Source: Marsupella aquatica (taxonomy: Eukaryota; Plantae; Marchantiophyta). Taken from it: a stretch of 64,000 bases of DNA. Under the pieces are notes generated by a model that was given only the letters and a program-made list of their open reading frames with translations, searched no databases and was not told the origin of the DNA. This document shows, in pieces, positions 12,544 to 24,544 of this stretch; the stretch's first letter is position 1; each line of letters starts with the position of its first letter. Where the stretch lies: contig OZ316898.1 of assembly GCA_973895155.1 (NCBI GenBank), positions 10,997,187 through 11,061,186 of the forward strand, read 5' to 3'. A program made the position numbers and the translations under genes.

Positions 12544-14326
12544 TGCATGCTGCTAACTAGGTTTTGTGGCACAAGTGCCTTGCCTCCACGTGGCCTTAAC
12601 AACAATCATAGAACACACTACCATAGGGCCAATAATAATATGGATCTCTAGACCTAGTTTAGCCAGGGCAGGTATTAGTTACTGTGCGGCAACAGGCACT
12701 CGTTTTACAAATAAATAAAAACCCTCCCTAGAGGTGCACGGTAATTTACTTGGATATCGTACAGAACGTACTCCAAAAGGTACTGACGTATAGTGTGTAC
12801 TTTATTATTACATGTGATTTATTTGCCCTAATCTCTAGTATAGCGTGAATATTTCCTGCTTTTGTCCCAGGGGAAAAAGGTCATCCTGTCCTTAAAGGCA
12901 TCAATGCTTGTGCTTTCCTGGAATAAAAACCTGGGGTATTCATATTCCAGAAGGCACTCCCGACAGGGCTGTACTCTAGACAAGCCAATGAAGGCAATTT
13001 AATTAAAAATTCCACAATTCTTACAAGGCATTCCAATCAAGCACAGAAATCGAAGTTCTAGCAGCAGCTTTTGGTGTACCTTGATTGAGCAACGTGAAGT
13101 CTAGTAGTGGGACCTCATTGTCTACGGTTGGTATTCTAGTGTAGAGTAGCGATGTTAGGGTCTTTTGGCATTAGGGAGGTATCAGGGAGGTAGGCAATAT
13201 GGAGGCGAAGACATTCATTCAGCGATAATCTAATTACACCAAGTCCATCACAGCTTATATTCACTTGAGGGTCACACAAGAACCCAAGCAGATGTGTGAC
13301 CATCTCATTCCTACCGAGGCCCAATGCTACAAAAAAGTCACAAATAGTAAGCATGAGATTATGCACTATATTCCACATCTGAAATTGAGCAGTATGTTAT
13401 GCATAAAGCAATAGTAAAGTCCTGTCTGCAAGGCATTGTGCTTTCCCCTAGAGTTTTGAGGGATTTATTATTGCCCCCACAATGCTCTGGTAAGAATACC
13501 TTAATACACTTCTTGAATACCTTACTACACTTAAGAGTATTTTACTAGTAAAATAGAATGTTAATAATGGATTGAAACAAATATTGAGAGGGCATTCTTC
13601 TCCATTAAATGTATTCGAAATTACAACGAGAGAAATCACCAAAGGCATCAAGGATGTTTATGTCAACAGACCTTGCTCACACCCAGCCTGGCAGCTCCAG
13701 GAATTGGCAATGCTAGAAGAATGGAATGCCCACCTCACTCACGACCCCGTCCTGGACTACCTATGCCACAATTAAAACGCAGGTGCGTTCCTAACGACAC
13801 AAGAACTATTGGAGACCGCTCACACTGTAGAGATTTCCTGAAGGCACGACAAGTAATGAAGAACCCCGAAAAGCAAGCGTCACACTCTAGTCATAGCATC
13901 AGCAAGGATGGCGGCGTCCTTCTTCGTCCTGTCAAGTACAGCACTAGCACCGAGGTACCACTTCCGGACTGACCGTACCCGACAGTTGTACCCGTTACAA
14001 GGATCAAGGTCAAAACAGAGCTACAGATAGATGCAACCTTTCCCGAAAACATTATGCCCCAAATTGCACCAGATTGCACCAGATTGCACCCGACTCCCCA
14101 TTGTCCAAGTGGATCAGCATCACCAGTAGTGCATAGTGCATACCGTCCCCGAAAGGAGTCCAGCACTCCACGGCGGCACGGCCGGCCTCCCACGGCCCAA
14201 GCCGTGATTCTCACTCATCTTCGAGCCCAAAAGCTACGACTTAGCTACACACCGCCTAGGGGCGCTCGGCATCGCGCACAGCAGAGTAATCTTTAAGGCT
14301 TTTACTTTTTCGCCAGTGTCTAATGT

Positions 14327-14513
14327 TGACTCAGTAAAGGAGAAGATGCTCAAAAGATTCTTTTTATCTGATTTTCTTAAAATATTTTCCTGACAATCAG
14401 ATCTCTCTAGATTTAACGATGACTCTGTAAAGGAAATGATGCTCAAAAGAGTCTTTAGCTGATTTTCATAAAATATTTTAGTGACAGTCGGATCTCTCTA
14501 GATGAAGGATGAC
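14327..14513. repeat. Degenerate tandem duplication, ~93-bp period
   Basis: tgactc.gtaaagga..gatgctcaaaaga...gatctctctagat at 14327 and 14420. Confidence 0.8.
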
Positions 14514-14740
14514 GGGCTGATGGGGTCTGTGATTGAGTGGGACACAGGCTAATGAGACCAAAAAAAAATGGGTGGGGGGATAGCTAACTAGACAAAAAAA
14601 AACTAGCCAATTTTGGCCAACGTGGCAAAAGCTCTCTGGGGAGGTTTAATCTGGTAAATTTTGGCCACTGAGAATAACGCTGGCTCATGTTCTCCTTCAA
14701 GACTATCTACTCTACAGTACATCTAAAAGGGTGGCTTTAC

Positions 14741-14922
14741 AGGAGTAGGGCCCTTGTTTCTTTTATTTACTCTGAGACTGAATTCGGAAAGTATAATCTT
14801 CTTATTCCCAGGTTCAATCCCCCCTCCACAAAGGAGTAGGGCCCTTGTTTCTTTTATTTACTCTGAGAGTGAATTCGGAAAGTATAATCTTCTTATTCCC
14901 AGGTTCAATCCCCCCTCCACAA
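14741..14922. repeat. Near-perfect tandem duplication, 2 x 91 bp, each unit ending in a Pol III B-box-like GGTTCAATCCC
   Basis: Units start at 14741 and 14832 and differ at one position. Confidence 0.9.
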
Positions 14923-15609
14923 CCTCTCAGTTCCAGGCAAATCCCCTAGCCAATTGACCTAAGCCAATTGGTTTCCTCTGAGTGAATATAGACGGCAACA
15001 GAGTGGAAATCGTTGCATATGGCTTTATAAGAGCTTGGGGGTCATTTCGGTGTGGTGAATTCCCTTCCCACGTGATAATGATAGGAGTGGGCCTAAGGAA
15101 GGAATGCTGATGTGGAATGCTTTTAATCAGATCACCTCCTGACATGGTCCAAACTTTGGCTTCTTGGTAAACACTCAAAGTTATTTACAAAGAAGAGTCA
15201 AACATAGTACAATGAAGAAAAATCACAAGAGGTACAAAGTAGACAAAGACCAGACTCCAAAAAAGTGTGCAGAGGTAAACCACAAAGAAGGCCAATAAAT
15301 GCAAATGACTTAACTTATTGGTTGAAGTCAAAGGTTTGGTCCTGAGTCTAGAGACCTATACTTAGTGGACCTCCAAACCAAACTCTTTCTCTTAATTGAC
15401 CAAACGATGACGATTCTCTCTCCATGGACCCAAAGTTTCAGATTCTCTCCCAATGGGCCACTCTGTACAACAATGTTCTTGTAAAATGGTCTACCACAAA
15501 GCTCAGACTGCCTATGCAGCCTAATAACACTCTGGTTGGTATCATGTCATAATGTCACAAGGTAAATGTGTAGTGTGGGAATCATGCAAGGGCTGTAGCC
15601 CTTGGCTGC

Positions 15610-15945
15610 AATGAAGCACCCAAGTGCCTCAATGCTTACTTGAATACATTGTGACTATTGTCTTCAAACTATGAAGGATCTTAAGTCACATTGAAGCACC
15701 CTAGTGTTGTCAATAGTGAGGCCTCTCAACTTGGTTTAATACATTGTGACTAATGTATTTAAGATACAAATGAAGAATCTTATGACCACATCAGAGCACT
15801 CAAGCATCACAATGCCTGTTGAATACATTGTGGCCATTGTATTCAAAATACAAAGCAAAGAGTTTACGACAGGATGCAATGAAGCACACAAGCGCCATAG
15901 CATCCCCAACCTCACTGCCTTTTTTTAAGACAATGTGACTATTGT
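15610..15945. repeat. Degenerate ~90-bp repeat, about 4 copies
   Basis: Recurrent gaagcac..aag....tcaat...aatacattgtgactattgt motif. Confidence 0.6.
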
Positions 15946-16318
15946 ATAAAAAGGTCAAAGAAATTTGTAAAATTCAAATGTCCCCACCCTTTATAAAATT
16001 TGTTGGGAACTTGGTTTGTTCTCATTGTGTTTAAATAGATTAAATTCTCGGTATTTTCTTGTGCTGCTCATTCTTGTTGTTCCTACTTGTGTTCTCCTGC
16101 TAAGACTACCCTTTAAGATGTGCCAGTTACAATGAAGGAGAGGCCATAAAATGTTATTGAGCCAATCCAGGTTTATGTTTACAGTTTGGCAAGTCTTAGA
16201 CTGAATACATTCTGCATAATGTATTCCATTTCTATTCAAGATATGCATTCTCCATGATTTTACACATCTACATTATGGTTTGCCCTTTCTATTCAAGATA
16301 TGCATGTATCCATGATTT

Positions 16319-16497
16319 ATTTATATTTAATTTTTTAAAACCAAGTCAACATCTTTATTCCCAAATACAGGAGCCAACAACAAGGACCCCTGCCTAGGAG
16401 GAGGAGGCAGGAGCAAACAAGAGAATTTAAGGGGGCTGAAAGAAAGGGGCACACCCAGAGAAATATGGAAGGGCATCCACCTACCTGATTGCCTGTT
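16319..16497 (-). mobile_element. Short retroposed insert (LINE/SINE 3' end) with a 15-bp TSD
   Basis: Flanked by atgtatccatgattt at 16304-16318 and 16498-16512; the minus strand ends with AATAAA and an A-rich tail. Confidence 0.75.
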
Positions 16498-16663
16498 ATG
16501 TATCCATGATTTTACACATCTACACTATGGTTTGCCCTAAACCGTACTCCTCTAACTATGTGTATATGTTGTTGTCAATGTAACAAGTTCTAACTACGAC
16601 GCTCCTCATTGTGCTGCGGTCGCATGATGAAGGGTCACTTGACATTGCGGTATGTTACAGTCG

Positions 16664-16776
16664 AACACATTTGGTGGCTACACTCAAACTCTCAACAACC
16701 ATAGAACATCTGATGTTGCAACACATTTGGTGACTGCACTCAAACTCTCAGCAATCATAGAACATCTTATGTTGCA
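16664..16776. repeat. Tandem duplication, 2 x 56 bp
   Basis: aacacatttggtg.ct.cactcaaactctca..aa.catagaacatct.atgttgc twice. Confidence 0.85.
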
Positions 16777-17311
16777 CAATGACTTTTCAGCATTATAAGG
16801 ACTGTAAATTGTGTTACACTAACTTGTGACACAAAATGGTACCTCCGGTGGACCATTTTATCAAAGTCCATCGTGCTCACATTACCTCTCCAACAGGGAG
16901 ATCAAGCTCGTTATTCTCCACTTTACACACATCTCATTGGCTGGTACCATCAGTGTCCGTGCTCGATTTGCGAAGTGAACTATGTTGCGTGCTGTTTAGG
17001 GGGGCTGTACAAGAGGGTGGGGGCCGTTCAGTCTCTCTCCATCCAGAGCAAAGCTGATGGCCATGTCCTTCTACAAAAGTTAAAATGCCTGAGCCAAAAT
17101 GTGTCAGGTTGGGAAGTAATCAATGCAATTCCCTGAAAATAAGGGGCCGTTTGCTCCAAGTTTTTAGACCACCTCAAAAGGAGGTCTAAGTTTTGGACAA
17201 AAAAGCTTGCACACCTCAGCAAAAAAAAGGGACCCAAAAGACGCCCACTCAGAGATGACTAGGTTCCATAATGCTTTTGGTTCATTGTGCCCCCAAGTTC
17301 ATGTAAAATGA

Positions 17312-17444
17312 AGTGTGGCCAGTTCCCACATATGAATGGCTAGGATTGCATCTTTCACTTAGAAACAAATGAATTGGTGTAGTGTGGCCAGTTCACATGT
17401 ATGAATGGTTAGAATTGCATCTTTCACTTGGAAAAAAAGAATTG
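17312..17444. repeat. Tandem duplication, ~69-bp period
   Basis: agtgtggccagttc...atgaatgg.tag.attgcatctttcactt.gaaa twice. Confidence 0.8.
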
Positions 17445-18468
17445 CTAGCCCCAAGTTCTTGTAAAGCCACCCTTAGTACCTTCGAGCTTCATTTTTTACT
17501 TTGAGTTCAAAACGCTATGACCTGTGCTATCTACCGTGCCTCACTCTTCTCGTATCGAACGAGTCGATTTTTTAGGTATCTGTCTGGGCCAGTCATACAG
17601 AAATTCTGAGCCATGAAATTGGCTTTCACTTGTTTCAAAGAGGAAGAGAAGCAAATGGAATGTGCGGAATGCGCTCTCCGCTCTGCCATATGGTTGTCTC
17701 ACCTTTCACAGAGGCATTTGCATCGATTTAAGTCTGCTTCGTAGAGCTCGTTTTCCTACTCGAACATAATGGCAGCTCACTCTGTAGTCATCGCTTCCAT
17801 TGCGCTCTGGGTGGATTGTCCCCAAAATCGGTTTGAAAAGTAAAACGTGCAATGGAGATATGCTTCCGGTCCCGTATTCGGGATTCCATACCGGCCATAG
17901 ATGCAATAGAACGCTAGGGTCTGAAGGTCAATTGTCCAATGTATTGATGGTGCAATAAATGAGCTCCTCAAGTTCCTCACATTCTCCGACTGACGACGCT
18001 CTCGATATTGCCTAGTTTCAGGTGATGCGCTTCGACCATAACCCAAGTAGCTCGTTGCTGGAAAAGTTTCAAGCAGGGAATGTGGAGCACGGAGTGCAGG
18101 GATTTTACGGCGGACAAGGTATCATAGCGACAGCTTCGGGCCATGTTAACCACCTGTTCGTGGAATTGACCGAACAAGCCGTGAGGAAATAACAATGGCG
18201 AAGGGAAGTGGAGGTATGGTTCTCGATGTCCCCTGAATTACATCATACTGTGCGGGTCTTGGTCGTCAACTTCTTACCACAGATCAGGCTTCCTACCTTG
18301 TTGTGCGTGCTGCCGTGAACTTGTCTCCCCGATAAGCCAGCCAGCCCTTGTCAAACTGAGGTAGGGGGAAATTGAGAGAACTAAGTTGAAGCAGCTTGCA
18401 GTCCATCGTGTTCACATTACTCCAACAGGGAGATCAACGTCGGAATTCTCCGCTCCGCTCCCTCGGCA

Positions 18469-18631
18469 GTCAACCAGTGGTGTTACGATCGATCAACATT
18501 GTTGTCTTTTTCATCTGTGCCCTCCTGTTTCGGGAGATCATTTTACACCTTGATCCAGAAAAACGTCAAATATCTGCTTCAGCCAAAGCTTTGGTGCTTT
18601 CTCTCTACCCTCTCCATTCGTTCTTCAACTT
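18469..18631 (+). repeat. 163-bp copy of ALG10 coding sequence (18958-19120) lying just upstream of the ALG10 ATG
   Basis: Direct repeat at offset 489 bp with 6 mismatches. Confidence 0.95.
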
Positions 18632-18662
18632 GGGACGATTGTGCGGGAACGACGTGCCCGAT

Positions 18663-20273
18663 ATGGGTAACTTGAGAGCACTAGCTGAGGCAGGTGACGG
18701 CCGAGTAGCTTTGCTTTTTGCTCTTGCAGCACTGACAATACCAGCTGCAATCCTTCTCAACCGAGCCGTTCCTAATGCTTACATGGACGAGGAATTTCAC
18801 ATAAGACAAGTGCAACGTTACTGTCATGGAGATTTTAAGCATTGGGATCCGATGATAACCACTTTTCCAGGATTGTACGTTTTGTCTTTGGCTTACATAC
18901 GAGCGTTGTTACCGCTGGGACAGGTTTTAGGGCTAAGACCAACGGTGAACGAACTTTGTCAACCAGTGGTGTTACGATCGATCAACATTGTTTTCTGTTT
19001 CATCTGTGCCCTCCTGTTTCGGGAGATCATTTTACACCTTGATCCAGAGAAACGTCAAATTTCTGCTTCAGCCAAGGCTTTGGTGCTTTCTCTCTACCCT
19101 CTCCATTGGTTCTTCAACTTTCTCTACTACACAGAGGTGATTTCTGGCACAATGGTGATGGCCATGTATTTGGCGTCCCTGAAGCGTGCTTATTGGAGCA
19201 GTGCTCTAATGGGAGCAATTAGCGTCCTGCTTCGACAAACGAATGTTGTGTGGGTCATCTTTGTCCTTTGCATTGGGCTGTTGGATTTCATTCAAAATGG
19301 CCCAGACTGGAGGAAGGACCCATGGGTTGATGCTGGAAATAGAGCTTCCAAGTCAGAGAACATGCCATCAGAAGGAGGTGAAAGTTCTTCTATATATCCT
19401 ATTGACAACAATGTGAGGAAAGTTGGTTTGAGAAAACGGCAACCTTACACAGAGGCTCAGTACTCAAAACCTACTGTTTCAGAGAAGCCTATGCAAAGTT
19501 CTGTGGAACAAGACTTACTTTCTGAGGTATGGGCCCTCATAACAGGTACTTGGTTCAGACGGTATGAAGTTCTGTGGAATTTTGGGCCCCTTCTTTCGGT
19601 ATTTATTGCCTTTGTAGCTTTTGTCCTTCACAGCGGCAGCATTGTGGTGGGTGATAAGAGCTCGCACAAGGTTTCACCGCACTTTGCTCAGCTTCTTTAT
19701 TGTGGTTTGGTCATTGCTGGTTTTCAGGCTGCTCTGCACCTTAGCCCACAAAACTTGAGGAACTTATTAAGGTTACTGAGAACTTCAGCAAAAACAAAGT
19801 CGATAGCCTGCTGCATCATTATGTCTGTGACTGCATTTGTCTTTATCCAATTCTTCAGTAAACCTCACCGTTATTTACTGGCGGATAATCGGCACTATGT
19901 ATTCTACTTCTGGAAGGATGTCTTACAAAGACACTGCAGTACGAAGTATCTGTTTATTCCTTTGTACGTGTTCTCATGGTGGTCAATCATCAACATGCTC
20001 GTTCAGAGGCAGACGCCGTTGTGGGTGTTGGCATTTTCTCTGGCAAATGCTGGTGTCTTGGTTCCTACACCACTGCTCGAATTCCGTTACTATAACGTTC
20101 CATTTTATCTTATCTATCTACACAGCTGCCAGAAGGCATCCCATGAGACATACACATTAGCACTGACGGCTTCACAATTTATTGTAGTGAATATTATCAC
20201 AACCTACATCTTCCTGTTTTGGCCGTTTAGTTGGCCGAGTGAGCCTGGGAAATTGCAAAGGTTTATGTGGTGA
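18663..20273 (+). CDS. ALG10: Dol-P-Glc:Glc2Man9GlcNAc2-PP-Dol alpha-1,2-glucosyltransferase (DIE2/ALG10), 536 aa, intronless CDS
   Basis: YMDEEFH..Q.QRYC.G.F..WDPMITTFPGLY, FNFLYYTE, RQTNVVW, IVVGDKSSH...HFAQLLY, HRYLLADNRHYVFYFW, LVPTPLLEFRYY and a C-terminal QRFMW. The first in-frame ATG is 18663; the ORF-track start at 18396 is TTG. Confidence 0.95.
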   Translation: MGNLRALAEAGDGRVALLFALAALTIPAAILLNRAVPNAYMDEEFHIRQVQRYCHGDFKHWDPMITTFPGLYVLSLAYIRALLPLGQVLGLRPTVNELCQPVVLRSINIVFCFICALLFREIILHLDPEKRQISASAKALVLSLYPLHWFFNFLYYTEVISGTMVMAMYLASLKRAYWSSALMGAISVLLRQTNVVWVIFVLCIGLLDFIQNGPDWRKDPWVDAGNRASKSENMPSEGGESSSIYPIDNNVRKVGLRKRQPYTEAQYSKPTVSEKPMQSSVEQDLLSEVWALITGTWFRRYEVLWNFGPLLSVFIAFVAFVLHSGSIVVGDKSSHKVSPHFAQLLYCGLVIAGFQAALHLSPQNLRNLLRLLRTSAKTKSIACCIIMSVTAFVFIQFFSKPHRYLLADNRHYVFYFWKDVLQRHCSTKYLFIPLYVFSWWSIINMLVQRQTPLWVLAFSLANAGVLVPTPLLEFRYYNVPFYLIYLHSCQKASHETYTLALTASQFIVVNIITTYIFLFWPFSWPSEPGKLQRFMW

Positions 20274-21468
20274 TTGAACCATTTCTGATACTATCTGTTA
20301 CAGGAAGTCCTGTTTGCCACCAGGTCTGGTTGGATTGACCCTGGATTTGATAACCAACAGAGCCATCCTGGATTAATTTGTGATCGTTCAACCAAGCGAG
20401 CCATTGCTGGAGAGCTAGACCTGTAAGTGATACAGGGCTTTTCATAGAAGAGAATCCCTACCATAGAAGAAATCTGATGTGAGCAATTGAACGATTCTAT
20501 TCAGCCGGGCCCTAGATTTTTCTAGGCAACTATGGATGATTTGTTGAAGACGCAGAGCTACCATTGATCTGTGCAATCAAAGATGGCTGTCGCCTAAGAG
20601 GAGTATATCTGTGCAGATGGGACTTTCTATATCATGAGGTCTACTGACTTTCACTTCTCTAATCAGTCTGAAAGCAGGTTCATGCTGACAACGCGAAGAT
20701 GGCCAATTGAACTAATTTTGTGATCTCCTGTCACTTTTTAAGCTGTCAGATTGGCAAAAGCGGTGGTATAGTGATGTTCCTAGTCAGAGTGAGACGTCCA
20801 GGATCAACTCGAATTTTCACTGGTACGAGTTGAAATAGAGCTCAAGAGCTATTTTGAAGTTCACAAACTCATCAAGAAGGCAAGCAACTGCTGGTTTTTT
20901 GTAGCACTCATCAAGATGTTAAAGATATGGTGTCTCCGAACATTGGAAATTGAAGCCGTACATTCAAGTCGAGAACCAAAATAGTTCTTTCCGTAGGGAT
21001 TGTTTACGATTAACTTGTCTAACCAAGCAGTCAAGTATCAGGTCGTAGAGCTGGAGCCGGACTTGTCAATCTAATCGACCACAGTATCTGCAGATATCCT
21101 ATGTGGACTCCAGTTGCTATTCAGAAATCAGCAAACAGCAAGATTGAGCAGTATTGGATTAGACCAGCTTACGCGGATAGTGGTTTCAGGGTTTCCATGG
21201 CCGATTCTGATGTTGTTTGCTGTGACGCAAACTTGTCGCAGTCCTGGTTTAGGCGAGGCAAAGATGTCAAAGCAAGAGAAGGCAAAAATGTTGAGGCAAG
21301 TTCAAATGCATAGAGGCAAAGATGTTGGGGTGAGGTGAACAAGTTGAGGTGGCAAAGAAATGCAAAATAATGCCAGTGAGCCAAATAAATGTAGACAATG
21401 CAGAGAAATGCAAGTGAGACAGGAAAATTATTTAGACATCTCAAATGTTGTTGCAATCATGTTGTTAT

Positions 21469-21608
21469 TATGACAAATGATGTAGTCACTCTGGTCATGA
21501 GGGTGTTGTGGCTATGCCATTCTTGCAGCCATGTAGTTTATGACAAATGATGTAGTCACTCCGGTCACGAGGGTGTTGTGGCTATGCCATTCTTGCAGCC
21601 ATGTAGTT
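21469..21608. repeat. Tandem duplication, 2 x 70 bp
   Basis: tatgacaaatgatgtagtcact...gccatgtagtt twice, 2 mismatches. Confidence 0.9.
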
Positions 21609-22063
21609 GCCAAGCCCGTAGATATCTAGAGGTAAGGTAAAGAACTATTGATCAAAGGTTGAGGTTTTAGGTGGATCAAACTGAAAATATTGGATTTCAA
21701 TGATAAAATTCTTTCTTGCCCATTTCAATGATAAAAGTGTTTTCAATGTGCCTGTCTTGTTCAAAATAGCACATGAAATAATGCCTTCACTTTTGCAGTT
21801 TTATTTTATATTGGAAAAAGATGTTGTTATTGTTGTGAAAGTTATGTTGTTGGTGAGAGCAAGAATGTGGACGGGTGAGAGGGAGAGCAAGAGAGGTGAT
21901 AACCTCCGGGTCCTTTGCACCTCTATGCAAAAATCCAAAAATGCTCTCATGCCCCAAAAGATCTCTTAATGTATGAAAGGACACACGTGTGGAAGAAGAA
22001 TCTAAAATATATAATAGAGTCAATCCAAGAGCACAAAAAAATGTTTAAAACAATTTGATGGCT

Positions 22064-23375
22064 ACCCCCCCCCCCCCTTCACTGCATGGACTATCATATA
22101 TGGGTGGACTATGGAGGGCTTGGGCTGAACTAAGTTCTCACCTGATTTTTATGCCCAGGGGGAGGATTCCGGGCAGATGGAATGTAGGGGACACTTTGCG
22201 CTGCTTGAAAGGATGTCAAGCTTGGTTCCAATGAAGACTTTAGGATAGTAAATGAGATATGTGGAAGGTTAGGCATTAAGTGCATTCAGAACCTATGGAG
22301 GCTGGATGAATGGAGAGATATAACTGAAAGGTGGGACCACATCAGAGGATTCTCTCTGATTCATATGGACAAGTGCAGGGAATTTACAGAGATACTAAAG
22401 GCAATTTACTCTTGTGAGTTAGACTTTGAGCCTGGACCGGTATGTTGGAGATGGGCAGAAAAACCGGAGGTGCTAAAGGAATTTAAACTTACTAACATCC
22501 GTGCTTACCAATTGCTACATCCAACTAATGAGGATCATGAGAGTCTGAATCGCACCTGGGGAACACACAAGATGGCGGAGGAATGAAGAGAGGGCTGGGC
22601 AGGGATTTGGAAATCAGATTTGTCCACATGCGCTAAGACATTTTTAACTGTGTAATTCCATGTGGCTCACTCGACGTATCGGCGAGTGCTGGCATCTGGT
22701 CTCTTTACAGGTGTGAGGGGTGCTCGTATAGGCAAGGGTACTCGGCACTGTAAGCTCTGCCCTGGAGAAAGTGAATTGATTCCTCACTTATTTATGCAAT
22801 GTATACATGCTAGGAAGTGTTGGGCAGTATGTGCAGGTGGATTCAGAGGTATGTTTGCAGATCACTTGGACAGATTGATTGGGCTGATCAATTCTGCGAC
22901 TGGACGGGAACCAGGAAAGATAGTGAAAATGTTTATTCTTTACCAGATGTTGTGGCAGCTTTGGACCGGAAGAAACAAGCATATGTGTCAGGTAGATGGT
23001 ATTCGCAGATTTGACTTTAGATTTTTGCTTTCGGAGGCTGCAGACCATGTCTCTGCTGTGGGACTGGGCCTGCCCCATAATAGACGACACACAAGATTAC
23101 TTAGAGCATGTGAAATGATGATCCGTGAAAGTGTGAGATGGCTTAGTCAGCGGGATGGATGGGTGACATTGGTCCCCCGGCTCTCTTATTTGGCTCATTG
23201 TCATTCTGGGTATCCTTTTCTCTGGCCCTGATTGATTGTGTTTGCCCCCTTGATCGACCGGCTGCGGTGTGTGGGTTGATGTTACTCTGTCTGCTTGGCT
23301 GGTGCTGCTGGCTTTCTCGTGCCACAGGGTTTTCGTGGCTTTCAAATTTTATAAAATTTTAAAATATTCCAAAGG
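22064..23375 (+). mobile_element. 5'-truncated L1-type LINE (ORF2 C-terminus with zf-RVT) with a 17-bp TSD
   Basis: Encodes LNRTW..GWAGIWKSDL and CKLCPGESELIPHLFMQCIHARKCW..LWQLWTGRNKH, with stops and frameshifts. TSD aaaacaat(t/c)tgatggct at 22047-22063 and 23376-23392. Confidence 0.85.
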
Positions 23376-23551
23376 AAAACAATCTGATGGCTCATTATTG
23401 TTAGTTCCCTTCAATTCTTAGTTCATAAGCAAAGGAAGGAACTTTTTGGTTGCATTACATTACATATTATAGAAGTAAATAAGCCCGGGGGACACTCTAG
23501 GCCACATATTTGAGACCCCCTAATAGCCCAAACCCCCTCGTGTAGATGGGT

Positions 23552-23693
23552 TAGGGTTTACCAGAGTCATAAACCCCATCGGGTGTCGCCCACTACCCCA
23601 CAACAGGAACGGGCTCCATGTGATTCTGGAGGCCAAGCTCCCCTTCCCCGCTTGAAGGTTCCCGGATTTCAAGCACTGCCTCTCCCCGCCAAT
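23552..23693. promoter_or_regulatory. Telo-box and E2F-like site upstream of MMS21
   Basis: TAGGGTTT at 23552-23559 (AAACCCTA on the minus strand); CCGCCAAT at 23686-23693 (ATTGGCGG on minus, fits WTTSSCSS). Confidence 0.35.
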
Positions 23694-24544
23694 TCCATCT
23701 TCAATAATCTAATGCCTACATCTCCACGGCGACGAGCTCATTTGCACTAATGTCGAAGGGAGTGATGCTGAACGGAGTTCCAGCGGGAAGCTCGAAGGAT
23801 CACACGCTTGTGAAGCGCTTTTGCACTACGAATACTCACGGGATCACAAGGATTGCAACCTGTGCGAGCAATTCTTCGAATGGACTTCTCGAGGGATCAA
23901 ATGCTCTGAAACTATCAGCACAGGCACGATTTCGGTTTTTGCTTCTTCTTGGGCTATGATACAAGTGGGGGAGGGGGAGCCTTGTGCGGTTTGCGCTTTT
24001 TTCTGAGTTTTCATTTGTTTGAATGTAAGGCAGCGTCCGAGGGAATGAAGTCGTGCACTAGTTTCGCAGTTGGACTCGTGCACAGCTGTATGCGGCGTTC
24101 TTGGTTGTTTCATGTGAAGGTCATTTCTAGGCTTGTCTAATTCATCGCTAGTACCTATGTAATGATCGAGCTGATCCTTGTTGTTGAATGTTCGAAGCTT
24201 TTTTCTTTGGACTCTGTCTTCCGGTGTGTCTCCATGGAATTGAAAATTGCTTAATTGTGTTGATTCTCCTGCCGAATGTTGGAGCTTTCACCCGTGTGTT
24301 CTGTCTTGTGGTCATGTACATCTCCGTGGACTTGAAAACTGAATTGAATTGATCCTCTACCCGACTGTTGAGAGCTGATGCCCTTGTACTCAGTGCTTCA
24401 GATCCCCGGGGAATTAACAATTGATTGACCCTGAAGTTCGGAGAGAGCAATTCATTTTATATTGGTATTAGCTTCAAGTCAAGTTTGCTGTCTTGGTAGC
24501 CTCCTAATTCTTCTTCTCCTCGTGCGTATGATAGAGTGAGGAGC

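Noticed and set aside
18396-18662. 625-aa ALG10 ORF start given by the ORF track
   Set aside because: It starts at TTG and the extension is mostly the duplicated fragment; the family-typical N-terminus follows ATG 18663.
19125-19140. ALG10 YYTE instead of YYTD as a sign of inactivation
   Set aside because: As I recall, E occurs at this position in functional animal ALG10; the other motifs are intact.
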